Positions 29,320-38,868 of a DNA stretch of 64,000 nucleotides are shown piece after piece. A program made the translations under genes and the position numbers. Within the stretch, counting starts at the first letter, position 1. Every line of letters starts with the position of its first letter. Origin of the DNA: an uncultured Gemmatimonadales bacterium. Its GTDB lineage: Bacteria > Gemmatimonadota > Gemmatimonadetes > Gemmatimonadales > GWC2-71-9. The stretch is taken from NCBI GenBank assembly GCA_963795085.1, contig CAWCFX010000006.1, positions 32,001 to 96,000 on the forward strand. Direction: 5' to 3'. The notes beneath the pieces were generated by a model. The model ran no database searches, had not been told where the DNA came from, and saw nothing but the letters and a program-made list of their open reading frames with translations.

Positions 29320-29919
29320 TCACATGGAAGGGGTGAACATGATATGCGCCTTGGCCGTGCCGGCATTCATGATCCAGGGTCCGCCCGACCCCGGCTCGGC
29401 GGGCAGGCCGGTGGAGGCGGCGGTGGCATCCCTGACGTACACCACGTGCAGGGCCCGGCCCCGGATGGTGCCGGCCGCGGGGTCATAACTGCCGGCCTCG
29501 CCGGTAATCGAATAGAGCGCCGCGGGCCGGGAAGGAAACGATAGTCGCCCCGCCCGAATCTCCCGGAACCGCACGCTGTCCACCTGGTCTCCATCCACTC
29601 CGCTGGACCGTAGTGCGCGGCCCCGCGCCATGAACGGCTCCAGGGCGCGGTGGTAGCACACGGCCTGCACCCGCTGGCGAGACGGGTCGGGCGCCAGGCA
29701 GATCATCGCGCCGGACCCCGGGCGAAGCTCCCGGAGCTTGCCGTCCGCTCCGTACCCCATGACCCTCGCATCGGCCCGGAACGGAACCGGCGCCGGGGTC
29801 ACGGCGACCGCAATCTGCTGTGCTGGCGTAAGGATGAGGCCGGAGCCATCGGCCTGGGCACGCCCGGTCGCGGGCAATGAGACGGTCAGGACCATGGCCA
29901 GGGCAAGACGAGGGGTCAC
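29320..29919 (-). CDS. Secreted hypothetical protein
   Basis: Signal peptide (ATGRAQA); MICLA..CYH..EPFMARGR; PWIM..GT..AHIM. Confidence 0.65.
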   Translation of the reverse strand: MTPRLALAMVLTVSLPATGRAQADGSGLILTPAQQIAVAVTPAPVPFRADARVMGYGADGKLRELRPGSGAMICLAPDPSRQRVQAVCYHRALEPFMARGRALRSSGVDGDQVDSVRFREIRAGRLSFPSRPAALYSITGEAGSYDPAAGTIRGRALHVVYVRDATAASTGLPAEPGSGGPWIMNAGTAKAHIMFTPSM

Positions 29920-30008
29920 GGGTCAGTTCCGGTTGAGGTATGAAGAAGTGGCGGGACGCATGGAATGGAATCGCTCCAGGTGGGAATGGCAACGCGACTG
30001 AATCTTCC

Positions 30009-30043
30009 TTGACGCGGCGTCCGTCATTACGTACGATATATCG
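30009..30043 (+). promoter_or_regulatory. Sigma70 promoter with overlapping palindromic operator upstream of PadR
   Basis: TTGACG (30009)-17 nt-TACGAT (30032); perfect palindrome CGATATATCG at 30034-30043. Confidence 0.7.
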
Positions 30044-30078
30044 GGCGTTATTCCGTACACCAATGAGGCAGATAAAAG

Positions 30079-30651
30079 ATGCGTAACTCCAAGGATGGGT
30101 GGGACTTCAGTGAGTTTTTTGCGGGATTCGGACCTCGCGGCTGGACCGGATCGTGGGGTCCGCCTAGGGGGCGGGGGCGCCGGAACCAGATGTTCGAGTC
30201 CGGAGAGGTCAAGTTCGTGATCCTCCGCCTGCTCAAGGAAAAACCCCGCCACGGCTACGAGGTCATCAAGGCGCTGGAAGAGAAGATGGGCGGCTGCTAC
30301 ACGCCGTCGGCGGGCACGGTGTACCCGACGCTGCAGTTGCTGGAAGACCAGGGCTATATCCGCGCCGAGGAGACGGATGGGAAGAAGGTGTATCACGTCA
30401 CCCCGGAGGGCGAGCAGTTCCTGGAGGAGAACCGGGACGTGCTCGAGGACATCATCGGGCGGGTCCGGGATACCGTGCGGGACTTTACCGGCGGGTCCAT
30501 GGGCCAGGTGCACACGGCGTTCGGCCGCCTGGCCAAGGTGACCTTCATGCGGGCGTACCGGAAGGGTCCCGAGGATCCGGCGCTCAAGCGGGTGGCAGAC
30601 ATCCTGGAGCAGGCCGCCAAAGACATCGAACAGGCCTGGGAGGGCAACTGA
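30079..30651 (+). CDS. PadR-family transcriptional regulator
   Basis: ILRLLKEKPRHGYEVIK, YTPSAGTVYPTLQLLED, KKVYHVTPEG. Confidence 0.92.
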   Translation: MRNSKDGWDFSEFFAGFGPRGWTGSWGPPRGRGRRNQMFESGEVKFVILRLLKEKPRHGYEVIKALEEKMGGCYTPSAGTVYPTLQLLEDQGYIRAEETDGKKVYHVTPEGEQFLEENRDVLEDIIGRVRDTVRDFTGGSMGQVHTAFGRLAKVTFMRAYRKGPEDPALKRVADILEQAAKDIEQAWEGN

Positions 30652-30652
30652 C

Positions 30653-30919
30653 ATGTCATGGCATTTCTGGGTCTGGCCGCTGGTGATGATCTGGTTCTTC
30701 GGCATGCGGCGGGGGTGGGACTTCCGTCCCCGGGGCCGTCGTTATCCCAAGCGGGTGGATGCGCTGCCCGACCCTGTGCTGCTGGCCGAGTTGGACAGCC
30801 AGCGGAACGAGATCGGCGGGCTGGAGGCCCGGATGGCGGAACTGGAGAACCGCCTCGATTTCGCGGAGCGGCTGCTGGCCGGCCAAGGCGCCCGGGGCCG
30901 CGACCCTACCACCCGTTGA
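30653..30919 (+). CDS. Small membrane-anchored coiled-coil protein
   Basis: Hydrophobic N-terminus; LEARMAELENRLDFAERLL; start immediately follows the PadR stop. Confidence 0.7.
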   Translation: MSWHFWVWPLVMIWFFGMRRGWDFRPRGRRYPKRVDALPDPVLLAELDSQRNEIGGLEARMAELENRLDFAERLLAGQGARGRDPTTR

Positions 30920-32012
30920 CCCGGTCCCAGACATCCACGATCTCCTGGCCGCCCGCCACCACGTGATACCGGTCGTAGGCCGCGGCGGTCAGGCAGGCGT
31001 GGTTGGGCGCAATCCGGACTCGCCCCCCCACCGGCAGTTGCTCGAAGGGGAGCGCCGCCTCGCCGCGGGCGATGCCATGTTCCTGGTACACCCGCTCGAC
31101 GATGCACTCGCCGTACACCGGCGTGGCATCCATCCCCCAGACAAGCCCGTAGCCTGAGTCCTGGGGGCTCCGCTGGGTGCTGCGGTCCTTGGACAGTGCC
31201 AGCGCGCCGGCATCCAGCAGGACCTGGTTATCTCCTGGCCGCCGCCCGATGACCGAGGCCAGCACGGTCATCGCGATATCGGCCCGGGTGCAGGAGTGGA
31301 TGGCCGCCTGGAACAGGTCCTGGAACATGTACACGCCGGCCCGCACCTCGGTCACCCCGTCGAAGCGGGTGCCGTGCACCGCGGTCGGCGTGGAACCCAC
31401 CGAAACGACATCGCACCCCATACCCGCCGCCCGCAACCGCTCCGCCGCGGTCACTGCCGCGCGGCGCTCCGCCTCTGCGATCCGCTTGACTTCTTCGACC
31501 GAGCCGGCCGCATACGAATGGCCGGCGTGGGTGAGCACACCAGCCAGGTGGCTGCCCAGCGCCCGCCCGATGACCAGTAGCGCGCCGCTCGCCGGATCCA
31601 CGCCGCTGCGCCGCTCGCCCGAGTCCACCTCGATGAGCGCCCGCACCGGCAGCGGGTGGGCGCCGAGGAGGCTCGCGGTCTCCGGGTCATCCGTCAGAAG
31701 CGTGAGCCCGATCCCCTGGCTCACCAGCTCGGCGGCGCGGCGCAGCTTGGCCGGCGTGATGGCGGCCGCCAGGACGAGATCCGTGAATCCGTGCCGGGCG
31801 AAGTATTCAGCCTCCGCCAGCGTCGAAACAGTGATGCCGCCGGCCGCGGCGGCGGTCGCCAGCCCGGCCACCGCCACCGATTTCGCCGTCTTGAGATGGG
31901 GCCGCAGAGCCACGCCGTGGGCCTCCATGCGGGCACGCATGCGGGCCAGGTTTCGCTCCAGGATGCTGCGGTCCAGCACCAGGCAGGGGGTATCGATCTC
32001 GAGCAGATTCAT
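30906..32012 (-). CDS. Fold-type III PLP enzyme (D-serine dehydratase/D-threonine aldolase family)
   Basis: TPCLVLD, LRPHLKTAK, THAGHSY, VGSTPT, EVRAGVY, QEHG, PNHAC. Confidence 0.88.
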   Translation of the reverse strand: MNLLEIDTPCLVLDRSILERNLARMRARMEAHGVALRPHLKTAKSVAVAGLATAAAAGGITVSTLAEAEYFARHGFTDLVLAAAITPAKLRRAAELVSQGIGLTLLTDDPETASLLGAHPLPVRALIEVDSGERRSGVDPASGALLVIGRALGSHLAGVLTHAGHSYAAGSVEEVKRIAEAERRAAVTAAERLRAAGMGCDVVSVGSTPTAVHGTRFDGVTEVRAGVYMFQDLFQAAIHSCTRADIAMTVLASVIGRRPGDNQVLLDAGALALSKDRSTQRSPQDSGYGLVWGMDATPVYGECIVERVYQEHGIARGEAALPFEQLPVGGRVRIAPNHACLTAAAYDRYHVVAGGQEIVDVWDRVNGW

Positions 32013-32135
32013 GAGCAAAGGGTCAAAGGTTGGTGGGCCGGGATACTATGACAAGAGATATTCGGCATCCATGCGAGAGGCTCGGCATCTACTGAATTCG
32101 AGGCTGACAAACACGAACAACAAACGAAGAAAAGA

Positions 32136-32236
32136 ACCAAAGCACGAACCAACAACGCCGTTTCGATTTTCTCTGTTTCCTGTTCAGCCAGGCTCACATG
32201 CAGGACGCCTCTTTCTGTTGTCTTTCGTGCTTTGGT
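32136..32236. repeat. 13-bp perfect inverted repeat within an AT-rich, strand-asymmetric intergenic segment
   Basis: ACCAAAGCACGAA (32136-32148) / TTCGTGCTTTGGT (32224-32236). Confidence 0.8.
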
Positions 32237-32305
32237 GATCTGGCTGTGAGACACCAGAAGGACCGCGCGAGTTGTCCGGGTCAGGCTCGCTTTTACCGCT
32301 CACTT

Positions 32306-34720
32306 TCACAATAGCGACACCGGGTCCCGGTCAATGGTCACCCGGACGTCTCCCGCGCCGGTGATCTTGCCGGCCGCGTAGCGGACCACTTTGCCGATCT
32401 CCTCCGACGGGCCCTTGAGGAGGAAGTGCCAGCGCCAGCGGTCCTTGATCCTGGCCAGGGGACAGGGCGCGGGGCCCAGCAGGGTGACCGGAAGGCGGTA
32501 TTTTTCAACCAGGGCAGCGCACCAGTCGGCGGCACGGAGCGCTTCTTTCGAGACCGCGGTATCGTCGGGCCCGGAGACGACCACGTTGGCGAGCGCGGTG
32601 ACCGGCGGGTAGGGTGGCGAGGTGCGATGGCCGAGTTCTTCCGCCAGGAAGGAATCGGGATCGTGCCGGGCCGCCCACTGCAGGGCGTGGTGACCCGGGT
32701 TCCTGGTCTGCACCACGACCCGGCCGCCGCGGGGACCTCGCCCGGCGCGGCCGGCGACCTGAGCCAGCAGCTGGAAGGTCCGCTCCGAGGAGCGAAAGTC
32801 CGGCAGGTGCAGCCCGGTATCGGCGTCCACCACGCCTACCAGGGTCACGTTGGGAAAATCCAGCCCCTTGGCAATCATCTGGGTGCCGAGCAGAATGTCC
32901 ACCTCGCCCCGTTCGACGGCGCCCAGGATGCGGTGGTGAGACCACTTGGAGCTGGTGGTGTCGAGGTCCATTCGCGCGACTCGGGCCTCGGGGAAACGAG
33001 CCCCGAGCATCCGCTCCAGTTGCTGGGTTCCCACGCCGCGCATCTGCTGGATGTCCTCGCCGCAGGCCTGGCACGCCGTGGGGATCGACTTTTCGAGGCC
33101 GCAGTAGTGGCAGCGGAGGGCGCGCGGCGTATGGTGGACCGTCAGGGAGATGCTGCACCGGGTACACTCCTCGACGGTGCCGCAGTCGGGGCACTGGAGA
33201 AAGGTGGCGAACCCGCGCCGGTTGAGCAGGAGCAGCACCTGCTCGCTCCGGGCCAGCGCGGCGCTCACCGCCTCGTCCAGCGGTACGCTCCACGGGACCG
33301 CCCCCGCGTCCCGGACCCGGTCGGCCGCCCGCATGTCCACGATCTCGACGGGGGGCAGCGGGCGGGCTCCGATGCGCGAGGGGAGGCGAATCACCCGGGT
33401 GCCCTCGGCCGCCCGCGCCATCGTCTCGGGGGACGGAGTCGCGCTGCCGAGGAGCAGCCGGGCGCCTTCCAGGCGGGCCCGGACCAGGGCGACGTCGCGG
33501 GCATGGTAGCGGGGCGTCTCCCCGTTCTTGTAGCTGGACTCGTGTTCCTCGTCCAGCACGATGAGACCCAGGTCCTGGACCGGCGCGAAGACTGCCGAAC
33601 GGGCACCCACCGCCACCCGGCGCTCCCCGCGGCGAAGCAGGCGCCAGGCATCCGCCCGCTCGCCGTCGGAGAGACCGCTGTGGAGCACCGCGACCTGGTC
33701 GCCAAAGGCGCCCCGGACCCGCGCGACCGTCTGCGGGGTGAGCGCGATCTCCGGCACCAGCAGGATGGCGCCGCGGCCCCGGGCGAGAACTTCGCGCACC
33801 GCCTCCAGGTACACGAAGGTCTTGCCACTGCCGGTGACTCCGAAGAGCAGGCCGCTCTCGCCGGGTCCCAGCCGGGCGACCTCCGCCAGCGCCGCCACCT
33901 GGTCGGGCGTGGCCGCCGCCGGTGGCGGCGTCGCGATTTCCTCCGCGAACGGATCCCGCACCCGTTCCGCCTGCTCCACCGTCACCAGGGACCGGTCGGC
34001 CAGCGCAGTGATGACCCCGTCGGAAAAGCCCAGTTGCTGCTTGAGATGGCGGGCCTGGGCGGTGCCGCCCAGTTCCTCCAGCGCCTCGTAGAGCCGGCGC
34101 TGCTTCGGCGCACGCTTGAACAGCTGTTCCCGCTCCACCAGGGTCAGGCGGTGCTCGCTCAGGGCAACCACGCGCTCGGTGGCGACGTTGCCGCCGGCAT
34201 CGGGTGGTTCGACCTCCAGGGTGACCGCACCGACCCGGGCTAACCGGTTGAGGGCATTCCACACCGGGCGGCGGAGGGATTTGGCCAGGGCCTGCACCGG
34301 GGCTGCCCCGCCCCGCCTCTCAAGCAGGTCGAGAATTTCCTTTCCGGTTCCGCCGGGAACCGCAGCGGCATCGGCCACCCGGGCAATGACCCGGGACGCC
34401 CCCCAGAGGCCGCCGGGCAGCACGGCCCGCAGGGTCAGGCCGAGGGGCGATCCGTAATAGCGGCTGATCCACTCGGCGGTCTTGAGCAATGCCTCCGGAA
34501 TCGCCGGCTCGGGGTCAGGCGCCGCGAGGATTTCCCGCGCCGTCATTCCAGGATCCGGGGTGTCCACCCCCACCACGATGCCGACCAGTTCCCGCTGGCG
34601 CACCGGCACCACCACCCGGGCGCCGAGGGCGACCCGGTCAGCCAGGGCAACCGGAATTTTATAGGTGTACGGTTCGGCCAGCGGTAGGGGGAGCGCGACC
34701 AGGCCGAAGCCTGTGGTCAT
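32306..34720 (-). CDS. priA: Primosomal protein N' (replication restart helicase)
   Basis: GVTGSGKT, LVPEIALTPQ, DEEHESSYK, four CxxC, GTQMIAKGLDFP, QVAGRAGR. Confidence 0.97.
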   Translation of the reverse strand: MTTGFGLVALPLPLAEPYTYKIPVALADRVALGARVVVPVRQRELVGIVVGVDTPDPGMTAREILAAPDPEPAIPEALLKTAEWISRYYGSPLGLTLRAVLPGGLWGASRVIARVADAAAVPGGTGKEILDLLERRGGAAPVQALAKSLRRPVWNALNRLARVGAVTLEVEPPDAGGNVATERVVALSEHRLTLVEREQLFKRAPKQRRLYEALEELGGTAQARHLKQQLGFSDGVITALADRSLVTVEQAERVRDPFAEEIATPPPAAATPDQVAALAEVARLGPGESGLLFGVTGSGKTFVYLEAVREVLARGRGAILLVPEIALTPQTVARVRGAFGDQVAVLHSGLSDGERADAWRLLRRGERRVAVGARSAVFAPVQDLGLIVLDEEHESSYKNGETPRYHARDVALVRARLEGARLLLGSATPSPETMARAAEGTRVIRLPSRIGARPLPPVEIVDMRAADRVRDAGAVPWSVPLDEAVSAALARSEQVLLLLNRRGFATFLQCPDCGTVEECTRCSISLTVHHTPRALRCHYCGLEKSIPTACQACGEDIQQMRGVGTQQLERMLGARFPEARVARMDLDTTSSKWSHHRILGAVERGEVDILLGTQMIAKGLDFPNVTLVGVVDADTGLHLPDFRSSERTFQLLAQVAGRAGRGPRGGRVVVQTRNPGHHALQWAARHDPDSFLAEELGHRTSPPYPPVTALANVVVSGPDDTAVSKEALRAADWCAALVEKYRLPVTLLGPAPCPLARIKDRWRWHFLLKGPSEEIGKVVRYAAGKITGAGDVRVTIDRDPVSLL

Positions 34721-35739
34721 CGGCGGGTGACGCCCAGCCCCGGACCGGTCGGCAGGCTCACCTGGCCTCCCGCGATGCTGGCGCCCTGGAACGGATCGTC
34801 CGCCAGCAGCGCCGCCCCATCGAGGTCCACGATGTCCACCAGCGGGGTGAAATGAGCCGCCGCCGTGATGGCGAGGGAGCTTTCGATCATGCAGCCCACC
34901 ATTACCATCAGCCCGTGGGCCCGGGCCAGCGCGATCATCCGGAGCGCTTCGCGAAGGCTGCCGCACTTGGCCAGCTTGATGTTGATCCCATCCACTTTGC
35001 CGACCAGCGACGGGATGTCGGAGACGGTCTCGCAGTCTTCATCCGCGATCAGCGGGATGTCGGCGCGGCGGCGGATCTGCTCCATGCCATCCAGCTGGCG
35101 GGGCGGCAGTGGCTGTTCCAGCACCGTGACCCCGAACTCCCGGAGGACCGGCAGCATCCGGATGCTGTGCTTGACGGTCCAGCCGCAATTGGCGTCCACC
35201 CGCAGTTCCTTGTCGGTAACGTCCCGGATGGTCCGCAGGATGTCCAGGTCCTGGTCACTGCCCAGCTTGATCTTGAGGATCGGGTACTGGGCGGCCTCCG
35301 CGACCTTCTTCCGGATCATCTCCGGGGTGTCGATGCCGATGGTAAAGGTGGACCGGGGGGCCTTCGCGGGATCGAGTCCCCACAGCTGGTAAACCGGAAC
35401 CCCCAGTTTCTTCCCCACCAGGTCATGGAGCGCGGCCGACAGCGCGGCCCGGGTCGCCGGGTTCCGCTTGAGCAGGGTGAACCAGCCCAGCTCGGCGTCT
35501 TCGATCTTGAACGGGTCGTCGGGCAGCAAAGTGGCGTAGGTGTTGAGCGCCCCCAGGACCGTTTCCGTGGTTTCGCCATAGAACCTGGTCGGCGCGGCCT
35601 CGCCCCATCCCTCGAGGCCGTCCTCGTCTATCAGCTTGACCAGGACGGTCTCGTAGTCGCTGCGGCCGCCCCGGGCAATGATGAAGGGATGCCGGGTACG
35701 CAGGTTCAGCACTTCGGCTTCGAGGCGGAGACGGGACAC
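34717..35739 (-). CDS. L-Ala-D/L-Glu dipeptide epimerase (enolase superfamily)
   Basis: GWGEAAP, KIKLG, RVDANCGW, EQP, ADE, NIKLAKCG, GCMIES, DLDG. Confidence 0.88.
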   Translation of the reverse strand: MSRLRLEAEVLNLRTRHPFIIARGGRSDYETVLVKLIDEDGLEGWGEAAPTRFYGETTETVLGALNTYATLLPDDPFKIEDAELGWFTLLKRNPATRAALSAALHDLVGKKLGVPVYQLWGLDPAKAPRSTFTIGIDTPEMIRKKVAEAAQYPILKIKLGSDQDLDILRTIRDVTDKELRVDANCGWTVKHSIRMLPVLREFGVTVLEQPLPPRQLDGMEQIRRRADIPLIADEDCETVSDIPSLVGKVDGINIKLAKCGSLREALRMIALARAHGLMVMVGCMIESSLAITAAAHFTPLVDIVDLDGAALLADDPFQGASIAGGQVSLPTGPGLGVTRR

Positions 35740-35802
35740 GAAAGTTTCCTTGGGGAGCGGTGTCGGAGAATATAATGGCGCCGGCCCGGAATAGAGCGCC
35801 GC

Positions 35803-36756
35803 CTACGCCCCCAGCGCCGCCACGTGCGCGGCCACTCCCTCGGCGACCCGTTCCGGCGCGTACCCGCCTTCCAGCATGGAGAGAATCGGCACCCCGGGCA
35901 GGTGTTCCCGGAGCCGGCGGGTCAGTTCGACGTAGTGTTCCGGCTCCAGCGTGAAGCCGCCCAGCGGATCGCCGGCCATCGCGTCGAAACCGGCCGAGAT
36001 GCAGACGAGGCCCGGTGCCCACCGGGCGGTCGCGGCGGCGATGGCGTTCCACAGGTCGCCGACGTATCGCTCCGCCGGGAGCCCGGGAGGCCGGGGCACG
36101 TTGAAGATGTTGCCCACGCCTCGCTCCGATTCCGCACCGGTGCCGGGATACCAGGGCCACTGGTGCAGGGAGACGTACCGGATGCTGGCGTCCTTCTCCA
36201 CGATATCCTGCGTCCCATTGCCGTGGTGAACGTCCCAGTCGATGATGAGGACGTTACCGCAGCCTCGCGACTGGGCTTCCCGCGCGGTGACGGCGGCGAG
36301 ATTGACCAGGCAGAACCCCATCGCGTGGCTGGCGGAGGCGTGGTGGCCGGGGGGGCGGACGGCGAGGAAGGCATGTTCCCCCCGCTCGAGGGCCCCGGGC
36401 AGCGCCCCCATCGCGGCGCCGGCGGCGCCCAGGACGGCGGCCCAGCTCTGGCCGTTGAGAAAAGTGTCGGACTCGACCTGGCCGCCGCCGTGCTGGGCGA
36501 CCGCCTCCAGCCGGTCGAGGTGGGCGGCCGGATGCACGCGGAGCAACGGCTCACGGGTGGCGGGCGCCGCCTCGACCATGCGGACTCCAGGCTCGCCCGC
36601 CAGCCGCTGGAGAATCGCCGGAAGCCTCCGCACGGAGTCCGGATGGCCGGGGCCGGGATCGTGCTCCCGGCAGGCCGCGCTGGTGTACACAGTGGCGGTG
36701 GTTTCGGTCACGGCGTCCGTCCCCTCCCGCCGGATGAGACGGGCTCGCGAAGACAC
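35803..36756 (-). CDS. Histone deacetylase-family amidohydrolase (start uncertain)
   Basis: RPPGHHA, GFC, DWDVHHGNGTQ, SAGFDA, LEGGY. Confidence 0.92.
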   Translation of the reverse strand: MSSRARLIRREGTDAVTETTATVYTSAACREHDPGPGHPDSVRRLPAILQRLAGEPGVRMVEAAPATREPLLRVHPAAHLDRLEAVAQHGGGQVESDTFLNGQSWAAVLGAAGAAMGALPGALERGEHAFLAVRPPGHHASASHAMGFCLVNLAAVTAREAQSRGCGNVLIIDWDVHHGNGTQDIVEKDASIRYVSLHQWPWYPGTGAESERGVGNIFNVPRPPGLPAERYVGDLWNAIAAATARWAPGLVCISAGFDAMAGDPLGGFTLEPEHYVELTRRLREHLPGVPILSMLEGGYAPERVAEGVAAHVAALGA

Positions 36757-36824
36757 CCCAGGCCAGAAAAGTTGGTTCTCATGATAGAGGCGCGGCTCCT
36801 CAACCCGCTCGCCGCTGGGTGTTC

Positions 36825-37112
36825 CTACGTCCCGGGTTCGCTGTCCCTCTGCTGTACCAGTCGCCTGAGCTCGACGATCTCGGCCTGCAGCGCGTCGCGG
36901 ACCTGCGCCACTTCCGCGAGGGTCCGGGCGTAGCGGCGGGAATACACCACAATGCCGGCCGACATGAGCAGCAGGGCGACGCCGAGGGCGGCCATGAGCC
37001 AGCTCCGGAGGTACCAGGCGGCCATCAGCAACAGAATGCCGTCGAGCAGGAGCAGCCCGACGGCAATCACGGTCATGGTCCGGCGGGGAGGCCGGCCGCC
37101 GGTGGTGGTCAT
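36825..37112 (-). CDS. Small 2-TM protein with coiled-coil tail
   Basis: Two hydrophobic segments then an amphipathic tail; last gene of a tight cluster. Confidence 0.65.
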   Translation of the reverse strand: MTTTGGRPPRRTMTVIAVGLLLLDGILLLMAAWYLRSWLMAALGVALLLMSAGIVVYSRRYARTLAEVAQVRDALQAEIVELRRLVQQRDSEPGT

Positions 37113-37119
37113 CGGCGGG

Positions 37120-37377
37120 TCAACGCACTGCCTGCCGGCGCCGGGGCAGCATGATGAGCGCGGCGTTGCGCACCAGGCCCAGGTCGGCCAGGCTCTTGTC
37201 CTCGTTCAGCAGCTGGGCGCCCCGATACTTGACCACGTAGCGGTCCGGATCGGCAGGAACCCGGCCGAGGTCGAGGACCTGCTGCTTGAGCTGGGCCAGC
37301 GGGGTGTCGCCGGAGATATCCAGATGGAACTCGTCCCACACGTCAGTCAACATGACCCGCACCGGCATGGTGGTCAT
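37120..37377 (-). CDS. Ubiquitin-like (beta-grasp, YukD/EsaB-like) small protein
   Basis: 85 aa: MPVRVML..., DTPLAQLKQQV, YVVKYRGAQLLNEDKSLADLGLVRNAALIML follows the ubiquitin-fold pattern. Confidence 0.65.
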   Translation of the reverse strand: MTTMPVRVMLTDVWDEFHLDISGDTPLAQLKQQVLDLGRVPADPDRYVVKYRGAQLLNEDKSLADLGLVRNAALIMLPRRRQAVR

Positions 37378-37649
37378 CGCTGCGGCTCCAGGGCGGGCGT
37401 GGGAAGCGTTGACAGGAAGCGGCTCACCGCCTGGTCGAACAGGAGCGTCGAGGCGCGAATCCGGGTGACTCCGTCCGCCGCCGTTACCGCGAAGACGACT
37501 TCTTCCCCGCCCTGTCCGCGCAGCACCAGGAATCCGGGGCCTTCCTTTTCCAGGTAGGCCGCCGTGAGCGGCACCCGCTCCGCGAAAAAGGTCCGGGCGC
37601 GCGCCAGCACCTCGGGCGGCTCCACCGTGGTCACGTACTCGTGGATCAT
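37374..37649 (-). CDS. Hypothetical alpha/beta protein
   Basis: 91-aa ORF with 4-bp ATGA overlaps on both sides. Confidence 0.7.
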   Translation of the reverse strand: MIHEYVTTVEPPEVLARARTFFAERVPLTAAYLEKEGPGFLVLRGQGGEEVVFAVTAADGVTRIRASTLLFDQAVSRFLSTLPTPALEPQR

Positions 37650-38791
37650 GGCCGCTTTCTCCAGACAGAAATGCCGGTGGGCTGGGCGGGGACCGCAATG
37701 GTGGCGACGATCGCCTTGGCAGCCAGGTCGATCATGTCCACCGACCCCGGGTCGGCCCCGATGGATTCGGCGGTAATATAGGCGTAGCGGCCGTCGGGCG
37801 AGAATGCGACTCCGTGGACGATCTTCTTGGACGTGGGAATGCGGGCGATCTCGGTGAGAGTGCGGGTGTCCACCAGGCTCACGCTCTGCGCCTTCTTGTT
37901 GGTGACCACGACCAGCCCCCCATCGGGGCTGGGTTCCACGTTATAGGCCCCGGTGCCGACCGGGATCTCCCGGGTCAGCGTCAGCGTCGCCGCGTCCCAG
38001 ACCTGGAGGCTGTTGCCGTAGTTGCACGCGGCATAGAGGGTCCGGTCGTCGGGAGAGACGGCGACGAAGGTCGGCGCACACTCCCGGGTCAGGGCCGGGT
38101 TGAGCGGCGGCGCCGGCGCGCCCCCGGGGGCCGGAGCCGACAGCGCCTGGTGGCCGGCGTGCGTCCCGGTCGCGGCGGCCTGGTGGCCGGTCCCCGTCCG
38201 CACCCGCCGGGTGATCGCCAGCTCGGCCACGTCCAGCTCCAGCAACTCGTCGCTGTGCATGCAGGAGATGTACACCCGGGTACCGGCATGGTTGGACTTG
38301 ACCCCGTGCGGCATGTCGCAGGCGGGGAGGTTGGTAATGTTGGTCATGGTGGGCGTGTGCACCACCGAGACGGAATTGACCCGGGGCCGGTCGCCGTGAA
38401 AGTCGGAGTTGGCGACGAAGGCCAGTTCGCCGTCCGGCGTGGTGACGACCGTGGTGGGAAACAGTTCTACCGGCGCCCGGCCCGTGACGCTGTCGCCGTC
38501 GGCGGCCATCTGCCAGAGCGATCCATAGGGCTGCCCGTGGGCCATGGTGATGTAATAGAACCGCTGGTCCGGAGAGACGAAGATGTTGTGGGGGCCATCG
38601 ATATCGGCGGGCATGATGCCGACCGGCACTACCCGGTCCACTTTCAGCGACTGGGGACCCGGCTGGATCCAGGTGACGATGTCGCCCGATTCACTGACCA
38701 CGCCCAGCTGATAATTGAAATCGGCGCCCTGCGCCGGAGCGGCCGAGGGGGCCACCGCGAGCAGCAGCAAGGCGAGCGAGTACGGTTTCAT
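37646..38791 (-). CDS. Secreted YncE/YVTN-type beta-propeller protein
   Basis: Signal peptide; repeated PH.I.VSPD / HGVAFSPDGRYAY blades. Confidence 0.85.
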   Translation of the reverse strand: MKPYSLALLLLAVAPSAAPAQGADFNYQLGVVSESGDIVTWIQPGPQSLKVDRVVPVGIMPADIDGPHNIFVSPDQRFYYITMAHGQPYGSLWQMAADGDSVTGRAPVELFPTTVVTTPDGELAFVANSDFHGDRPRVNSVSVVHTPTMTNITNLPACDMPHGVKSNHAGTRVYISCMHSDELLELDVAELAITRRVRTGTGHQAAATGTHAGHQALSAPAPGGAPAPPLNPALTRECAPTFVAVSPDDRTLYAACNYGNSLQVWDAATLTLTREIPVGTGAYNVEPSPDGGLVVVTNKKAQSVSLVDTRTLTEIARIPTSKKIVHGVAFSPDGRYAYITAESIGADPGSVDMIDLAAKAIVATIAVPAQPTGISVWRKRP

Positions 38792-38810
38792 GCGAGCCCT
38801 GGGTACGGGA

Positions 38811-38866
38811 CAGTGCAGAGTGCAGCGTGCAGCGTGCAGAGTGCAGAGTGCAGAGTGCAGAGTGAA
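38811..38866 (+). repeat. Heptamer tandem repeat, 8 units of GAGTGCA/GCGTGCA
   Basis: Same unit family as 19957 and 54709 arrays. Confidence 0.92.
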
Positions 38867-38868
38867 AA

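Noticed and set aside
32009..32254. 81-aa ORF in the AT-rich spacer
   Set aside because: Atypical composition, coincides with the inverted-repeat structure, and has no recognisable motif
37120..37377. Full bacterial ubiquitination (Bil/Bub-like) or ThiS/MoaD sulfur-carrier system
   Set aside because: No C-terminal Gly-Gly and no E1/E2/JAB genes in the window
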